From Acidobacteriota bacterium (GTDB lineage: Bacteria; Acidobacteriota; UBA6911; RPQK01; JAJDTT01): DNA of 64,000 nucleotides. The stretch is from assembly GCA_965263035.1 (NCBI GenBank), contig OZ253580.1, positions 1,536,001-1,600,000 on the forward strand. The letters are read 5' to 3'. The translations under genes were made by a program, and so were the position numbers. Below the pieces are notes generated by a model, which did no database searches, was not told the DNA's origin, and was given only the letters and a program-made list of their open reading frames with translations. Positions 25,938 to 34,595 of the stretch are shown piece by piece; position 1 is the first letter of the stretch; the number at the start of each line of letters is the position of its first letter.

Positions 25938-27431
25938 TCACTTGAACCGGAAGGAATAGAGATCGGCGTCCTGCAGGACCCAGCGCAGGCGGACCGTCTT
26001 TCCGGCGACTCGCCGGAGGGGTTTCGCACGAACCTTGCCTCCGTAAATCCACCCCGCCTTCCCCTCCAGCTCGTCCCCCCAGATGGGGACCGATTCGGTC
26101 AGTGAGAATCCGGGCACCGGGTTGCCGTTGCGGTCCTGGATCTCCACCTGGATGGAGCCGGCCGCGGAAGTGGAGTAGTTCAGGATCAGGTTCTCCCCAC
26201 TGAACCGGAACGGTTTCGTGATCAGCTCGCCGCCCGGATAGCCGGCGCTGGCGGACACGAAACCGTCCGTCCGCACCACCACGCGCTGTAGGTGAGCCGT
26301 GGGATAAGTGTAGTGCTGAACCGTGTAGAGGGAGATCTCCCCCGGCGCCGTGGGGACGATGCCCCGGGCCACGAAGCCGTTCCGGTGGATCCAGTTGCGC
26401 CGGTTCCTCCCGGGCCGGATGAAGGCTTCCATGAAGCGGTGCCAATGGACCCCGTCCCGGCTGCTCATGAACACGGCATCGGAGAGTCCGGCCCGCTCGC
26501 CGGCAAGGGCGGGATCCAGATGCCGGGGAATCCGGTAGGTCACGAAGCGCTTGGGAAAGGAAAGGTAGATATGGGGAGCGCGAAAATAGGGAACGGTGGC
26601 ATTGGTGTAGAGCTGTTCGGTAGGAGCGTCTCCATAGTCCACCCACCGGCCCTCGGACCATTCGACGAAGTCCTTGGAGGTTGCGTACTTGAGGGTCCGG
26701 ACCCCGTGGAGGAAATCCCGGTAGAGCGCCACGTAGATCCCCCGCTCGCCATCCCAGAAGGCCACGTTGTGGGAGTCGAAGGCGCCGTCGGTGATGACCG
26801 GAACTTCACGCATCCAGCTCCAGCGGATGCCGTCGGGAGAGGACAAGGCCACCAGACCCCGATGGTCCCCGGGCTTGGCGAAGGCCACCGCCTTGTAGCG
26901 GGCCTCGGCCGGCGCCGCCGGATTGTCGTCGCGGAAGGGATTCAGCTTGGCGGCGCCCCGGATCTCCAGGATATTGTTGTCCCGGGAGCCGTTGAACTCC
27001 ACCTGCCCCAATGAGGGACGGGTCCAGTGGACGCCGTCGCGGCTCTCGGCGTAGCAGGAGACCTTTTCGTGGGCGGCGACCCAGGTCTCCCCCGGCTCCA
27101 GCTCCTCCCGGTGGATGTAGTCGACCGCAGCGCTGCCCCGGTAGTACATCCGAAAGATTTCCCCGTCCTTGAAGACCGCCACGTGAAAGGGAATGTTCCC
27201 TTCCCAAGGTTGATCGAAGACGAAGACCTTCTCGCCTCGCTGGGGCTGCTGGACCTCCAGCTCCACCCCATCCATGGATTCGATGAGAGTATCGTCGACG
27301 AACAGCTCCAGACGGTTCCCCAAGTCGGGAACCGGGTCGGAACCGGCAGCCTTTTTCCCGTGACTCGACGCCTCGACGCCAGGCACGCCCATCAGAACCA
27401 GCAACACGAACATCCGCAAAATCGATTTCAT
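25938..27431 (-). CDS. Secreted glycoside hydrolase-like beta-propeller, paralog of 22721-24376
   Basis: Shared CYA.SRDG.HW..P.LGQVEF.GSRDNNIL, R.DGFVS and L(F/Y)SF.F. Confidence 0.7.
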   Translation of the reverse strand: MKSILRMFVLLVLMGVPGVEASSHGKKAAGSDPVPDLGNRLELFVDDTLIESMDGVELEVQQPQRGEKVFVFDQPWEGNIPFHVAVFKDGEIFRMYYRGSAAVDYIHREELEPGETWVAAHEKVSCYAESRDGVHWTRPSLGQVEFNGSRDNNILEIRGAAKLNPFRDDNPAAPAEARYKAVAFAKPGDHRGLVALSSPDGIRWSWMREVPVITDGAFDSHNVAFWDGERGIYVALYRDFLHGVRTLKYATSKDFVEWSEGRWVDYGDAPTEQLYTNATVPYFRAPHIYLSFPKRFVTYRIPRHLDPALAGERAGLSDAVFMSSRDGVHWHRFMEAFIRPGRNRRNWIHRNGFVARGIVPTAPGEISLYTVQHYTYPTAHLQRVVVRTDGFVSASAGYPGGELITKPFRFSGENLILNYSTSAAGSIQVEIQDRNGNPVPGFSLTESVPIWGDELEGKAGWIYGGKVRAKPLRRVAGKTVRLRWVLQDADLYSFRFK

Positions 27432-27452
27432 GGATCCCTCCTTACCCGAACG

Positions 27453-28358
27453 CTACATGCCGAGCCGCCGGCTCGCCGGATCGATGATCCAGAGCCAATC
27501 GTCCGCGAGGAACTCCAGCCTCTGGGCCATCAGGGCGATGCGCCCCATCACCGTGTAGCCGAAGCCGGCCCCGAAGGTGATCATGAGGAACCAGATTCCC
27601 AGGCGCGAGACCCCTCCCACGACCCCCTTGTGCTCGATGGAAAAGAAAAAATAGACCAGACAGGACAAGACTCCGACCACGATGGTCAGATTCTGGAGGG
27701 AGGCCCAAAAGTCGAATCCCTGGGTCCCCACCACCACCAGGGGGAGAATCGTGCTCTGGATCTGCCGGATGAAATCGCTCTGCAGGTAGCCCAAGAGACG
27801 GATCCCCGCGGTGGCCCCGATGAAAAAGGCCAGCGACCAGCGGGAAACCCAGCCCCCGACCGGAGAGAGCCTCATCAACATCAGGACGCTCAACAGCAGC
27901 GGGACCAGGTAGATGAGTTCCTGCTCCTGGGATTCCGGCAGGCCCGGGAGCATCGAACCCCGGACCAGATCCGGGGCCAGCTTCCCGAACAGGTTCTGAA
28001 CGATGCCGGTCCAGAATCCGACGACCATCCAGTAGGCCGCCGAGACCCCGACGAAAATGGCCTCGGCCAGCTTGTAGAACGGATTGTCACCGTAGAGAAA
28101 GGAGAGGATGAAAAGCGTGAAGAGGGCGGCCAACCAAGTCCCCACGGTGCGGGACCAACTCACGCGCACTCCCTCTTCACCCTGCCGCTTGGGATCCACC
28201 CCGACGACCCGGCTCCACGTTTCCTGACCCGGCTCCTGGACTTCCACCGGCTGGTCTTGAACGTAGACCAGTCCCATGCCTCCCGTGGCCAGCCTCACCA
28301 ACAGGTAGATCCCGGCCAAAACCATCAACGTCGTCCAAACCCACCCGGATCGGCTCAT
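27453..28358 (-). CDS. Uncharacterised polytopic membrane protein (GlmL operon)
   Basis: SFLYGDNPFYKLAE, YFFFSIEH and FGAGFGYTVMGR; start overlaps upstream stop. Confidence 0.8.
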   Translation of the reverse strand: MSRSGWVWTTLMVLAGIYLLVRLATGGMGLVYVQDQPVEVQEPGQETWSRVVGVDPKRQGEEGVRVSWSRTVGTWLAALFTLFILSFLYGDNPFYKLAEAIFVGVSAAYWMVVGFWTGIVQNLFGKLAPDLVRGSMLPGLPESQEQELIYLVPLLLSVLMLMRLSPVGGWVSRWSLAFFIGATAGIRLLGYLQSDFIRQIQSTILPLVVVGTQGFDFWASLQNLTIVVGVLSCLVYFFFSIEHKGVVGGVSRLGIWFLMITFGAGFGYTVMGRIALMAQRLEFLADDWLWIIDPASRRLGM

Positions 28359-29215
28359 GACGTCACCCCCTGACGCCGCTCCCAGAAGTAGATGACGTTG
28401 CCCAGAACGATGAGCAGGATCACCAGCATGTGGGCCAGGAGCTGCGGGCCCATTCGCCGCAGCCCCTCCTGCGCCGTGTCATTGCCTATCAAGTCGGGAT
28501 AGAGGTCGATGACGGCCTGTTCGTATTCGGCCGCAGCCTTGATGGCGGCCAGCATACCGATCAATTGTCCCGGCACATAGGGATACAGCGTCGGGGCCGA
28601 GACTCCCGTCGTACCCCCGACGATCTTCAGGTCGTAGGGGGTCGCGGCATAAAGAATCCACTCCTTGACCCCTGGATAGCCGGCGCTCACGTTGACGATG
28701 AGGTCCATCTGGCGGATGTTTTTCAGGTTTCGAGTCAACGGCAGCTGGTCCAGACTGGCCCCGTCCACGTCGTTGGCGAAGAGTTTCTTCAGGTCTCCCA
28801 CGACGACCTTGATGACCCCCTCGCCGCCGGGGCGAAAACCCAGGTTCACGTAGTCGTGCCCGTACTCGTAGTCGGGAAACTCCCGTTTCAGGAGGTCGAT
28901 GCTCTCCTGAATCAGCGGCCCTCCGGTGGCCCAGAGCGTCAGGAAGTAGAGCTTGTGTTGCTTGTAGGCGCAGTGGCGAACGAAGGCGGCGGCCATGGGA
29001 CTCAGCTCGCCCCGGCTGGCGGGGTCGAAATCCCAGGCCATCAGGACGTCCGAGCCGTCGGGCAACTCCTCGATGGCCGAGCGGACGTTCAGGACCATGG
29101 GCGACGGGCTCTCGGGGAACCGGATTCCGAAGAGGAGCGGAATCAGAATGGACAACAGCATCAGGAAAAAGATCCAGCGCCGGTCCAGGTTGCGAAAGAA
29201 CTCGTTGATCTTCAT
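28355..29215 (-). CDS. Uncharacterised membrane-anchored protein (GlmL operon)
   Basis: N- and C-terminal TM helices around a soluble alpha/beta domain; YVNLGF and AAEYE. Confidence 0.8.
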   Translation of the reverse strand: MKINEFFRNLDRRWIFFLMLLSILIPLLFGIRFPESPSPMVLNVRSAIEELPDGSDVLMAWDFDPASRGELSPMAAAFVRHCAYKQHKLYFLTLWATGGPLIQESIDLLKREFPDYEYGHDYVNLGFRPGGEGVIKVVVGDLKKLFANDVDGASLDQLPLTRNLKNIRQMDLIVNVSAGYPGVKEWILYAATPYDLKIVGGTTGVSAPTLYPYVPGQLIGMLAAIKAAAEYEQAVIDLYPDLIGNDTAQEGLRRMGPQLLAHMLVILLIVLGNVIYFWERRQGVTS

Positions 29216-29218
29216 GGG

Positions 29219-29905
29219 CTATTCCTTCGTTCCCAGATAGGATCGATCGACGCCCAGGAGAATCTTCAGAGAGAGGGAGACCACACCCAGGCCGATGCCA
29301 ATGGTGATGGCCCGGTTCCCCGCCAGGTTGAAGACGTTCATGATGGTGCTGGTGAGATTGTCGAACTGGAGCGCCTCGGGCAGCCATCCCGTCAGGGCCG
29401 TGCCGGCGTAGGTCCGCCCCACCAGTACGATGAAGGCCGTCGAGAGCAGGATGATGGCCTCGGGGTTCTTGGCTCGGAAGGCGCGAAATGCGGCCGAGGC
29501 GATGAAGCAGGCCAGCAGGGCGAACATCGTAGCCCCCAGGGGATAGAAGGAATACTGGTAGATGAACCAGAAAAAGCTTCCCTGCTGAACGTAGTCCCCC
29601 GACCAGGCGAACTGGGCAAACTGGGGACTGGGGTGAACCCCCATCTTCGCCATTCCCACCACCAGCGTCAGAAAGAAGGCGATAACGGTGACGGCCGCGT
29701 AACCCCAGCCGGCCCCCCGGTCCGATATCTTCTTCAGGTTGATCTTCACCAGGTTGGCGCCCCCCAGAATGAAGGCGATGGCGGCCAGGATGTCGAACCA
29801 GATCATGGCCTCCTCGCCCCAGGACTGGGTGTAGGGAACGAAGTGGGCGCCGATGAGGACGAACCCCGTAACCGCGGCAATGAGCAGGGGAAGAGTTCTC
29901 TTCAT
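29219..29905 (-). CDS. Uncharacterised membrane protein (GlmL operon)
   Basis: ~6 TM segments; ATMFALLA.FIASAAFRAFRA motif; AAGGA RBS. Confidence 0.8.
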   Translation of the reverse strand: MKRTLPLLIAAVTGFVLIGAHFVPYTQSWGEEAMIWFDILAAIAFILGGANLVKINLKKISDRGAGWGYAAVTVIAFFLTLVVGMAKMGVHPSPQFAQFAWSGDYVQQGSFFWFIYQYSFYPLGATMFALLACFIASAAFRAFRAKNPEAIILLSTAFIVLVGRTYAGTALTGWLPEALQFDNLTSTIMNVFNLAGNRAITIGIGLGVVSLSLKILLGVDRSYLGTKE

Positions 29906-29917
29906 GGTGTGCTTTCC

Positions 29918-31129
29918 TTACCAGCCCTGGTTTCCCAGGACGTGATCGGTCAGATAGGCCAGCATCTGGCCCAGAACGGGAGCGTCGGTCAGGTAGGCGG
30001 CAGTGGCCAACAGGCATCCGGCGACCATCAGCGTTCCTCCCAGGACCTTTCCCACGTCCTGGCCCTTGAGGCTGCCCAGTTGGTGGCTTTCCCCGGAGAG
30101 GTAGGCGGATGCGGCGAACAGCTCCTCGCCGATGAGCGTGTAGTCGCACGCCGCCACGAAGAAGGGAAGCTGCGACGGCATGGCGGTTCCGGCCACCTGG
30201 ATCGCGCCGATGGCGTTCCCGGTCTCGGCCAGAATCAGCGACTCGGCGAAGAAGGCGCCCATGTAGAAGCAGGCGGCGGGCCGCTCCCGGAGCATTTTTC
30301 CGGTGACGCCGGCGACGTAGCCAAACTGCTCATCAGTGAGGTAATAGACCGAGTCCTCATTGTATGCATCCGGACGTCCGGCCGAAAGATAGGCTGCCTC
30401 TACGGTTTCCCGGCAGGCCGTCATCACCAGGGAACGGGAGGTAGGCACGTCCAGACGGGCGTCGAACTCGGCCGTCAATCCGGCGACCCGCGACAGGACC
30501 GTGACGCCGGCGAGGGTCTGCATGTCGTTAATGTCCAGAATCCCCGGAACATAGAGGCAGGACCGCCCCATCTCGGTGGCACGGCCCACGGCTTCGTCCA
30601 CCGCTTCCAACCCGGCAATTGGGCGAACCTTCAGCTCACGTCCGCTCCGGGCCAGTTGGATGAAGTAGACGACACTTCCTCCCACGATCAGCAGAATCAC
30701 ACCGAACCAGAGTTGGGAGAAGTCGAAGTACTGCATGACCGGCGTCACCGGATGATCGGTGACGATGGCGGCTGATCGAGCCCCGCCGGGCCCCAACGCC
30801 ACAACCTGGTAAGAGTAGCTGGTTCCCCGCCTGCACCGGTCGTCCTTGAAAGACCGGGTCCGGTACGTCTCTTTTCCGATCTTGATAAACGTTTCTTCCC
30901 CCGATTCCCGCCTCAGGATCTCGTAAGCGACGACCAGCCGTTCCCCGGGCTGGGGCCGGTCGTCGGGGGAGAGCTCCCACTCGATCCGCACCGCCTCCCC
31001 GGCGTCGTTGGGAAAGTCGACGGCCCGCACTTCACCCGGCGGCCGGGGGAGTTGCGCCAGGGCCGCGGAGGCCCCTCCCCAGAGGACGAAACCACCGGCC
31101 AGCACCGACGAGAGAATCGATTTGCCCAT
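29918..31129 (-). CDS. Fibronectin type III plus DUF6754-like membrane protein
   Basis: Signal peptide; FN3 (IEW...YEILRR...YSYQV); IAGLEAVDEAVGRATEMG and YTLIGEELFAASAYL. Confidence 0.75.
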   Translation of the reverse strand: MGKSILSSVLAGGFVLWGGASAALAQLPRPPGEVRAVDFPNDAGEAVRIEWELSPDDRPQPGERLVVAYEILRRESGEETFIKIGKETYRTRSFKDDRCRRGTSYSYQVVALGPGGARSAAIVTDHPVTPVMQYFDFSQLWFGVILLIVGGSVVYFIQLARSGRELKVRPIAGLEAVDEAVGRATEMGRSCLYVPGILDINDMQTLAGVTVLSRVAGLTAEFDARLDVPTSRSLVMTACRETVEAAYLSAGRPDAYNEDSVYYLTDEQFGYVAGVTGKMLRERPAACFYMGAFFAESLILAETGNAIGAIQVAGTAMPSQLPFFVAACDYTLIGEELFAASAYLSGESHQLGSLKGQDVGKVLGGTLMVAGCLLATAAYLTDAPVLGQMLAYLTDHVLGNQGW

Positions 31130-31134
31130 TTTGC

Positions 31135-32259
31135 TCACGCCTCGATCAACTCCACATTGGCCCGCGGCACGACCAGCCGCCGGCCCGATTCCGATTGAAC
31201 CTCCAGCACCCGCGCCCGGGACCCGGAGCCCAGGACCTGGGGTTCGGCCGGAAGCCGAGAGACCACGCCGATCAATCCGAAGTGAGGGTCCCGGATCACT
31301 CGAACCGGTGTCCCCAGTTCCAGCCTGCCGGCAGCACGCGTCTCGTCCACCTCCGCCGCGTCCCCGGGTGGCGACGGAATGACGATTTCCGGCCGCAGGA
31401 CTCCGGCCCGAATCTGAGTCGCGCCGTTGACCGATGCCGGATCCCCTTCCCGGGAGGCCAACAGTTGGAAGGTCTTGCGGGCCATGGCGATTCGGCCGAA
31501 CCCCTCGGTGATGATCAGGGTCGTCGCCACCGGTTCCGATCCGGTGATCGCGACCCCCAAGTCGTATCCGAGGATCTGCCGCAGGTCCGCGTCGTCCATG
31601 CCTCCCGAAACCAGGGCCGAGATACCGATCCGGAAGGCCTTGCGGACGGCTTCTCCCGTCATTCGGCTGCCGCCGACCACGACGGCCCCCTTCATCCCCT
31701 CGTCGAGCCGGCCGGCGGTCAAATCTTCCTCCTCGTCCCGGCAGGCCATGCGGACGGGTCCGAAGGCCTCCCCGCCGATCCCGAAGATCCCCTGGATGAA
31801 AGTGGCGTCCGACTCCAGCACGACCCCCTCTCCCGGGATCTCTTCGACCACCTGTCCGGCCAGGTAGGCCAGGACCCGGACCGGGATCGGCTCCCCCCGG
31901 AGGATGACCTGCCCCGTCACTTGGGAAATGGACTCGATGGTCCCGGCGACCTTGGCCCTGCACTCGGACTTGAACAACCCGAAAATCCCCTTGGTCCGAG
32001 CCAGGACCTCCCCAGCCTCCACCCGCATACCCGCCTGTTTGAGCATGCATTCAGGGACGTCCGCAGGCGGCAGCGACAGGAGATTGGCCACATTGAGCGG
32101 TGTGATGTTTCCCGGCATGAAAGTCTGGGCGACCACGTCCCGGGAGTCCACCTCTTGTCCCGCTCGAACCAGAACTTCTCCCTGGATGGGCAGGATCCGC
32201 CGGCAGCGATATCGGGTGCGGGGACTGACCTTCAGACCGGGCGTGTAAGCGTGGGCCAT
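31135..32259 (-). CDS. Conserved hypothetical protein (AHAYTPG type) with sandwich-hybrid and KOW-like segments
   Basis: G.RVEAGEVLA...RAKVAGTI pattern; C-terminal LGTPVRVIRDPHFGLIGVV; GAGG before ATG. Confidence 0.75.
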   Translation of the reverse strand: MAHAYTPGLKVSPRTRYRCRRILPIQGEVLVRAGQEVDSRDVVAQTFMPGNITPLNVANLLSLPPADVPECMLKQAGMRVEAGEVLARTKGIFGLFKSECRAKVAGTIESISQVTGQVILRGEPIPVRVLAYLAGQVVEEIPGEGVVLESDATFIQGIFGIGGEAFGPVRMACRDEEEDLTAGRLDEGMKGAVVVGGSRMTGEAVRKAFRIGISALVSGGMDDADLRQILGYDLGVAITGSEPVATTLIITEGFGRIAMARKTFQLLASREGDPASVNGATQIRAGVLRPEIVIPSPPGDAAEVDETRAAGRLELGTPVRVIRDPHFGLIGVVSRLPAEPQVLGSGSRARVLEVQSESGRRLVVPRANVELIEA

Positions 32260-32274
32260 CCTCAGTCGACCTCG

Positions 32275-34095
32275 TCACTCCTCTTCCGGAAGCGGCGGCT
32301 CCAGGTCCAGATCCAGGACCCATTGAGCCATGGCCTTCCGGCAAGCCTCTCGATCAGGGGGCAGCGTCAGAGGGCGGCCCCGCGCGTCCAGCAAGACTCC
32401 CACCGTCCCGCCCCTGAGTTCGCCCTCGAGGGGCCGGCCGGGACCCGCTCCCGCGTCCACTCTCCGCGCCGGCTCCACCACGATTCGGGCGCTGCCTCCC
32501 AGGCCCAATGGCAGCCGTTTGATCTCACCAAAGGAGAGGGCGCCTTCCTCCTCCAGCCCGTCGCCGAAGATGGCATAGCGGAAGGCCGGGCTGCCCCAGG
32601 CACCGGCTCCCCTGGGAGCCACGCAGGTTCCCAGGGAGATGAGGCAATCTCTCCGGAAGACCTGGAGCGCAGCCTCAGGATGAACCTGGGCCAGAACCCC
32701 CAGGTGGGGCATCATGAAGATACTGTCCTTGGCCAGCCAAGTGATGCCCTCGGGCTGGAAGGCGTCCACCAGGAGCGCCGCCGTCTGCTGCATCAAAGGA
32801 GCATGGGAGAGGACTCCGCCCGATCCCACCAACAGGTCCAGCTTCATGTTGTCCACCAGGGTCCGGCCGCTGGCCGCCTGGCTGAAGGTGTCGCCCACGG
32901 TCCTCTGTTGCTGCACGCCCTTGAGCGCGGTTGCGAACTGTCTGTGCTGGTCGTAGGCCAAGCGCAGGGCCTCCCGGGCCACGGCCTGCTCGAAGAACAG
33001 GGATTCCCGGGTCTGAGGAATCGTGGTGGGCCGGATCATCTTGTTCTTGACGTGGTTTCGCAGCTCCCCTTCCTCCATCTCCAGATGGACCCAACGGAGG
33101 ATGGAGGGCAGGGTGGCTTCGGCGCAGACGTTGGAGATGGAGTAGCTCATTCCAAGGTTGGCGCTCACGGTCCGGTTGAAAGTGCCGTCGAAGACGCTGA
33201 AAACGTCGGTGGTGGCGCCGCCGATGTCCACGCCGACCACGTTGATCCTCTGCTCTTCGGCAATTCTCTGCAGGATGTTTCCCACGGCCCCCGGCGTGGG
33301 CATGATGGGGGCGTCGGTCCACTGAATCAGCCGGTCGTACCCGGGGGCATGGGCCATGACGTGTTCCAGAAACAGGTCGTGGATCTTGTCCCGGGCCGGA
33401 GCCAGGTTCTCCCGCTCCAGAACCGGACGCAGGTTGGGAACGATGGAAAGCTGCACCGAATCGTCGAAGGTCTGCTCCACCAGCGGCGCCGCATCCCGGT
33501 TCCCCGCGAAGATCACCGGCATCCGGTACTCGGCGCCGAAACGGGGCTGGGGACGGGCCGGCGCGATGAGTTCGGCCATCTGCACGACGTGCCGCGTGGT
33601 CCCGCCGTCGGTGCCCCCCGAAATCAGCACCATGTCGGGCCTGAGCTCCCGGATCCGTTGGATCTGCTCGTGGGGGAGGCGGCGGTCATTGGAGGCCAGA
33701 ACGTCCATGACGATGGCGCCGGCGCCCAGGGCCGCCCGCTTGGCGCTGGCGGCCGTCATCTCCCGGACCACACCCGCCACCATCATCTGCAGGCCGCCGC
33801 CGGCACTGGAAGTAGAGATATAAAGATCGCAACCTTCACCGCCGGAAGCCGGCCTCAGGATCCGGCCCTCATCGTCGATGAGGCGGCGTCCGGCCATCTC
33901 AGCCACCTCGGCGACGGCGTTCACCACCCCCAGGGTCACGTCGGCCGCCGGTTCCTCCACCGTAGTGGGCGCCTCGCCCCGGTGGGTCTGCCGGTATTCT
34001 CCGTCCACTTTCTGGATGAGGATGGCTTTGGTGGTCGTGCTCCCGCAGTCGGTGGCCAGGATCACGTTGATGGAGTCGGGGTCGATCTGCTTCAT
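32275..34095 (-). CDS. GlmL/MutL (glutamate mutase L) family ASKHA ATPase
   Basis: TDCGSTTTK, SSAGGGL, SGGTDGG, MPTPGAV, VDIGGATTDVFS and RTVSANLGM. Confidence 0.85.
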   Translation of the reverse strand: MKQIDPDSINVILATDCGSTTTKAILIQKVDGEYRQTHRGEAPTTVEEPAADVTLGVVNAVAEVAEMAGRRLIDDEGRILRPASGGEGCDLYISTSSAGGGLQMMVAGVVREMTAASAKRAALGAGAIVMDVLASNDRRLPHEQIQRIRELRPDMVLISGGTDGGTTRHVVQMAELIAPARPQPRFGAEYRMPVIFAGNRDAAPLVEQTFDDSVQLSIVPNLRPVLERENLAPARDKIHDLFLEHVMAHAPGYDRLIQWTDAPIMPTPGAVGNILQRIAEEQRINVVGVDIGGATTDVFSVFDGTFNRTVSANLGMSYSISNVCAEATLPSILRWVHLEMEEGELRNHVKNKMIRPTTIPQTRESLFFEQAVAREALRLAYDQHRQFATALKGVQQQRTVGDTFSQAASGRTLVDNMKLDLLVGSGGVLSHAPLMQQTAALLVDAFQPEGITWLAKDSIFMMPHLGVLAQVHPEAALQVFRRDCLISLGTCVAPRGAGAWGSPAFRYAIFGDGLEEEGALSFGEIKRLPLGLGGSARIVVEPARRVDAGAGPGRPLEGELRGGTVGVLLDARGRPLTLPPDREACRKAMAQWVLDLDLEPPLPEEE

Positions 34096-34439
34096 TTGCC
34101 GGCCGAGTCGAGTTCCTCGATCCGGCGACAAAGATAGTCCACTGAGCCCCGATGCTCAAGGAAGGCGGCCAGGTGCCGGTGTCCACGGGATTGGGTCAAT
34201 CCCGAGAGCAGAGGCGACAGGAAATGCAACAGCTGGGAACCCAGGAAATTCAGGGGGCGGGACATTTCGAGAAACATGAGAGCCGGCGTGGCCAGCCGGC
34301 GCCGCACCAGTTCCCGGCAGATTCGATCAACCAACTGGCGCTCCTCGTCCGAGGGCTCGAAGCTGGTCACAGTGTCCACGGCAAAGGCGTGCCGCCAGCC
34401 TTTCCTCGACCTTCCCTCTTCCTTTTTCGCCAATCTCAC
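34092..34439 (-). CDS. Small conserved hypothetical protein, first gene of the GlmL operon
   Basis: PALMFLEMSRPLNFLGSQ; stop overlaps glmL start (ATGA). Confidence 0.7.
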   Translation of the reverse strand: MRLAKKEEGRSRKGWRHAFAVDTVTSFEPSDEERQLVDRICRELVRRRLATPALMFLEMSRPLNFLGSQLLHFLSPLLSGLTQSRGHRHLAAFLEHRGSVDYLCRRIEELDSAGK

Positions 34440-34460
34440 GTCCCCAGGACAGTGCGGGGA

Positions 34461-34485
34461 ATTATAGCCCGAATTAATTGGGGCT
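34461..34485 (-). promoter_or_regulatory. TATAAT -10 box with adjoining 20-bp palindrome (candidate operator)
   Basis: AGCCCGAATTAATTGGGGCT (18/20 self-complementary) abutting minus-strand TATAAT. Confidence 0.5.
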
Positions 34486-34503
34486 TGAGGATCGGATCAA
34501 CGC

Positions 34504-34531
34504 TTTACACTGGGAGAACGGCTGCTAGAAT
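34504..34531 (+). promoter_or_regulatory. Promoter of the FAH gene
   Basis: TTTACA-N16-TAGAAT with TGn extension. Confidence 0.45.
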
Positions 34532-34595
34532 ACACGGGTTGAACAGAGCGTGAGAACTCCGGGAGCAGGCTCCCGCACTCGCAAGGAGAAACGAG

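Noticed and set aside
24679-26661. 660-aa ORF as an extended transposase
   Set aside because: The upstream part is an off-frame overlap of the propeller gene plus intergenic DNA; RAYT motifs begin at ATG 25614
29918-32050. 710-aa version of the DUF6754 gene
   Set aside because: N-terminal 307 codons overlap the 31135-32259 gene out of frame; the signal peptide starts at 31129
31195-34137. 980-aa plus-strand ORF and similar long ORFs (16095-18812, 13873-16242, 28430-30775)
   Set aside because: Antisense shadows of well-supported genes, expected at high GC; no motifs
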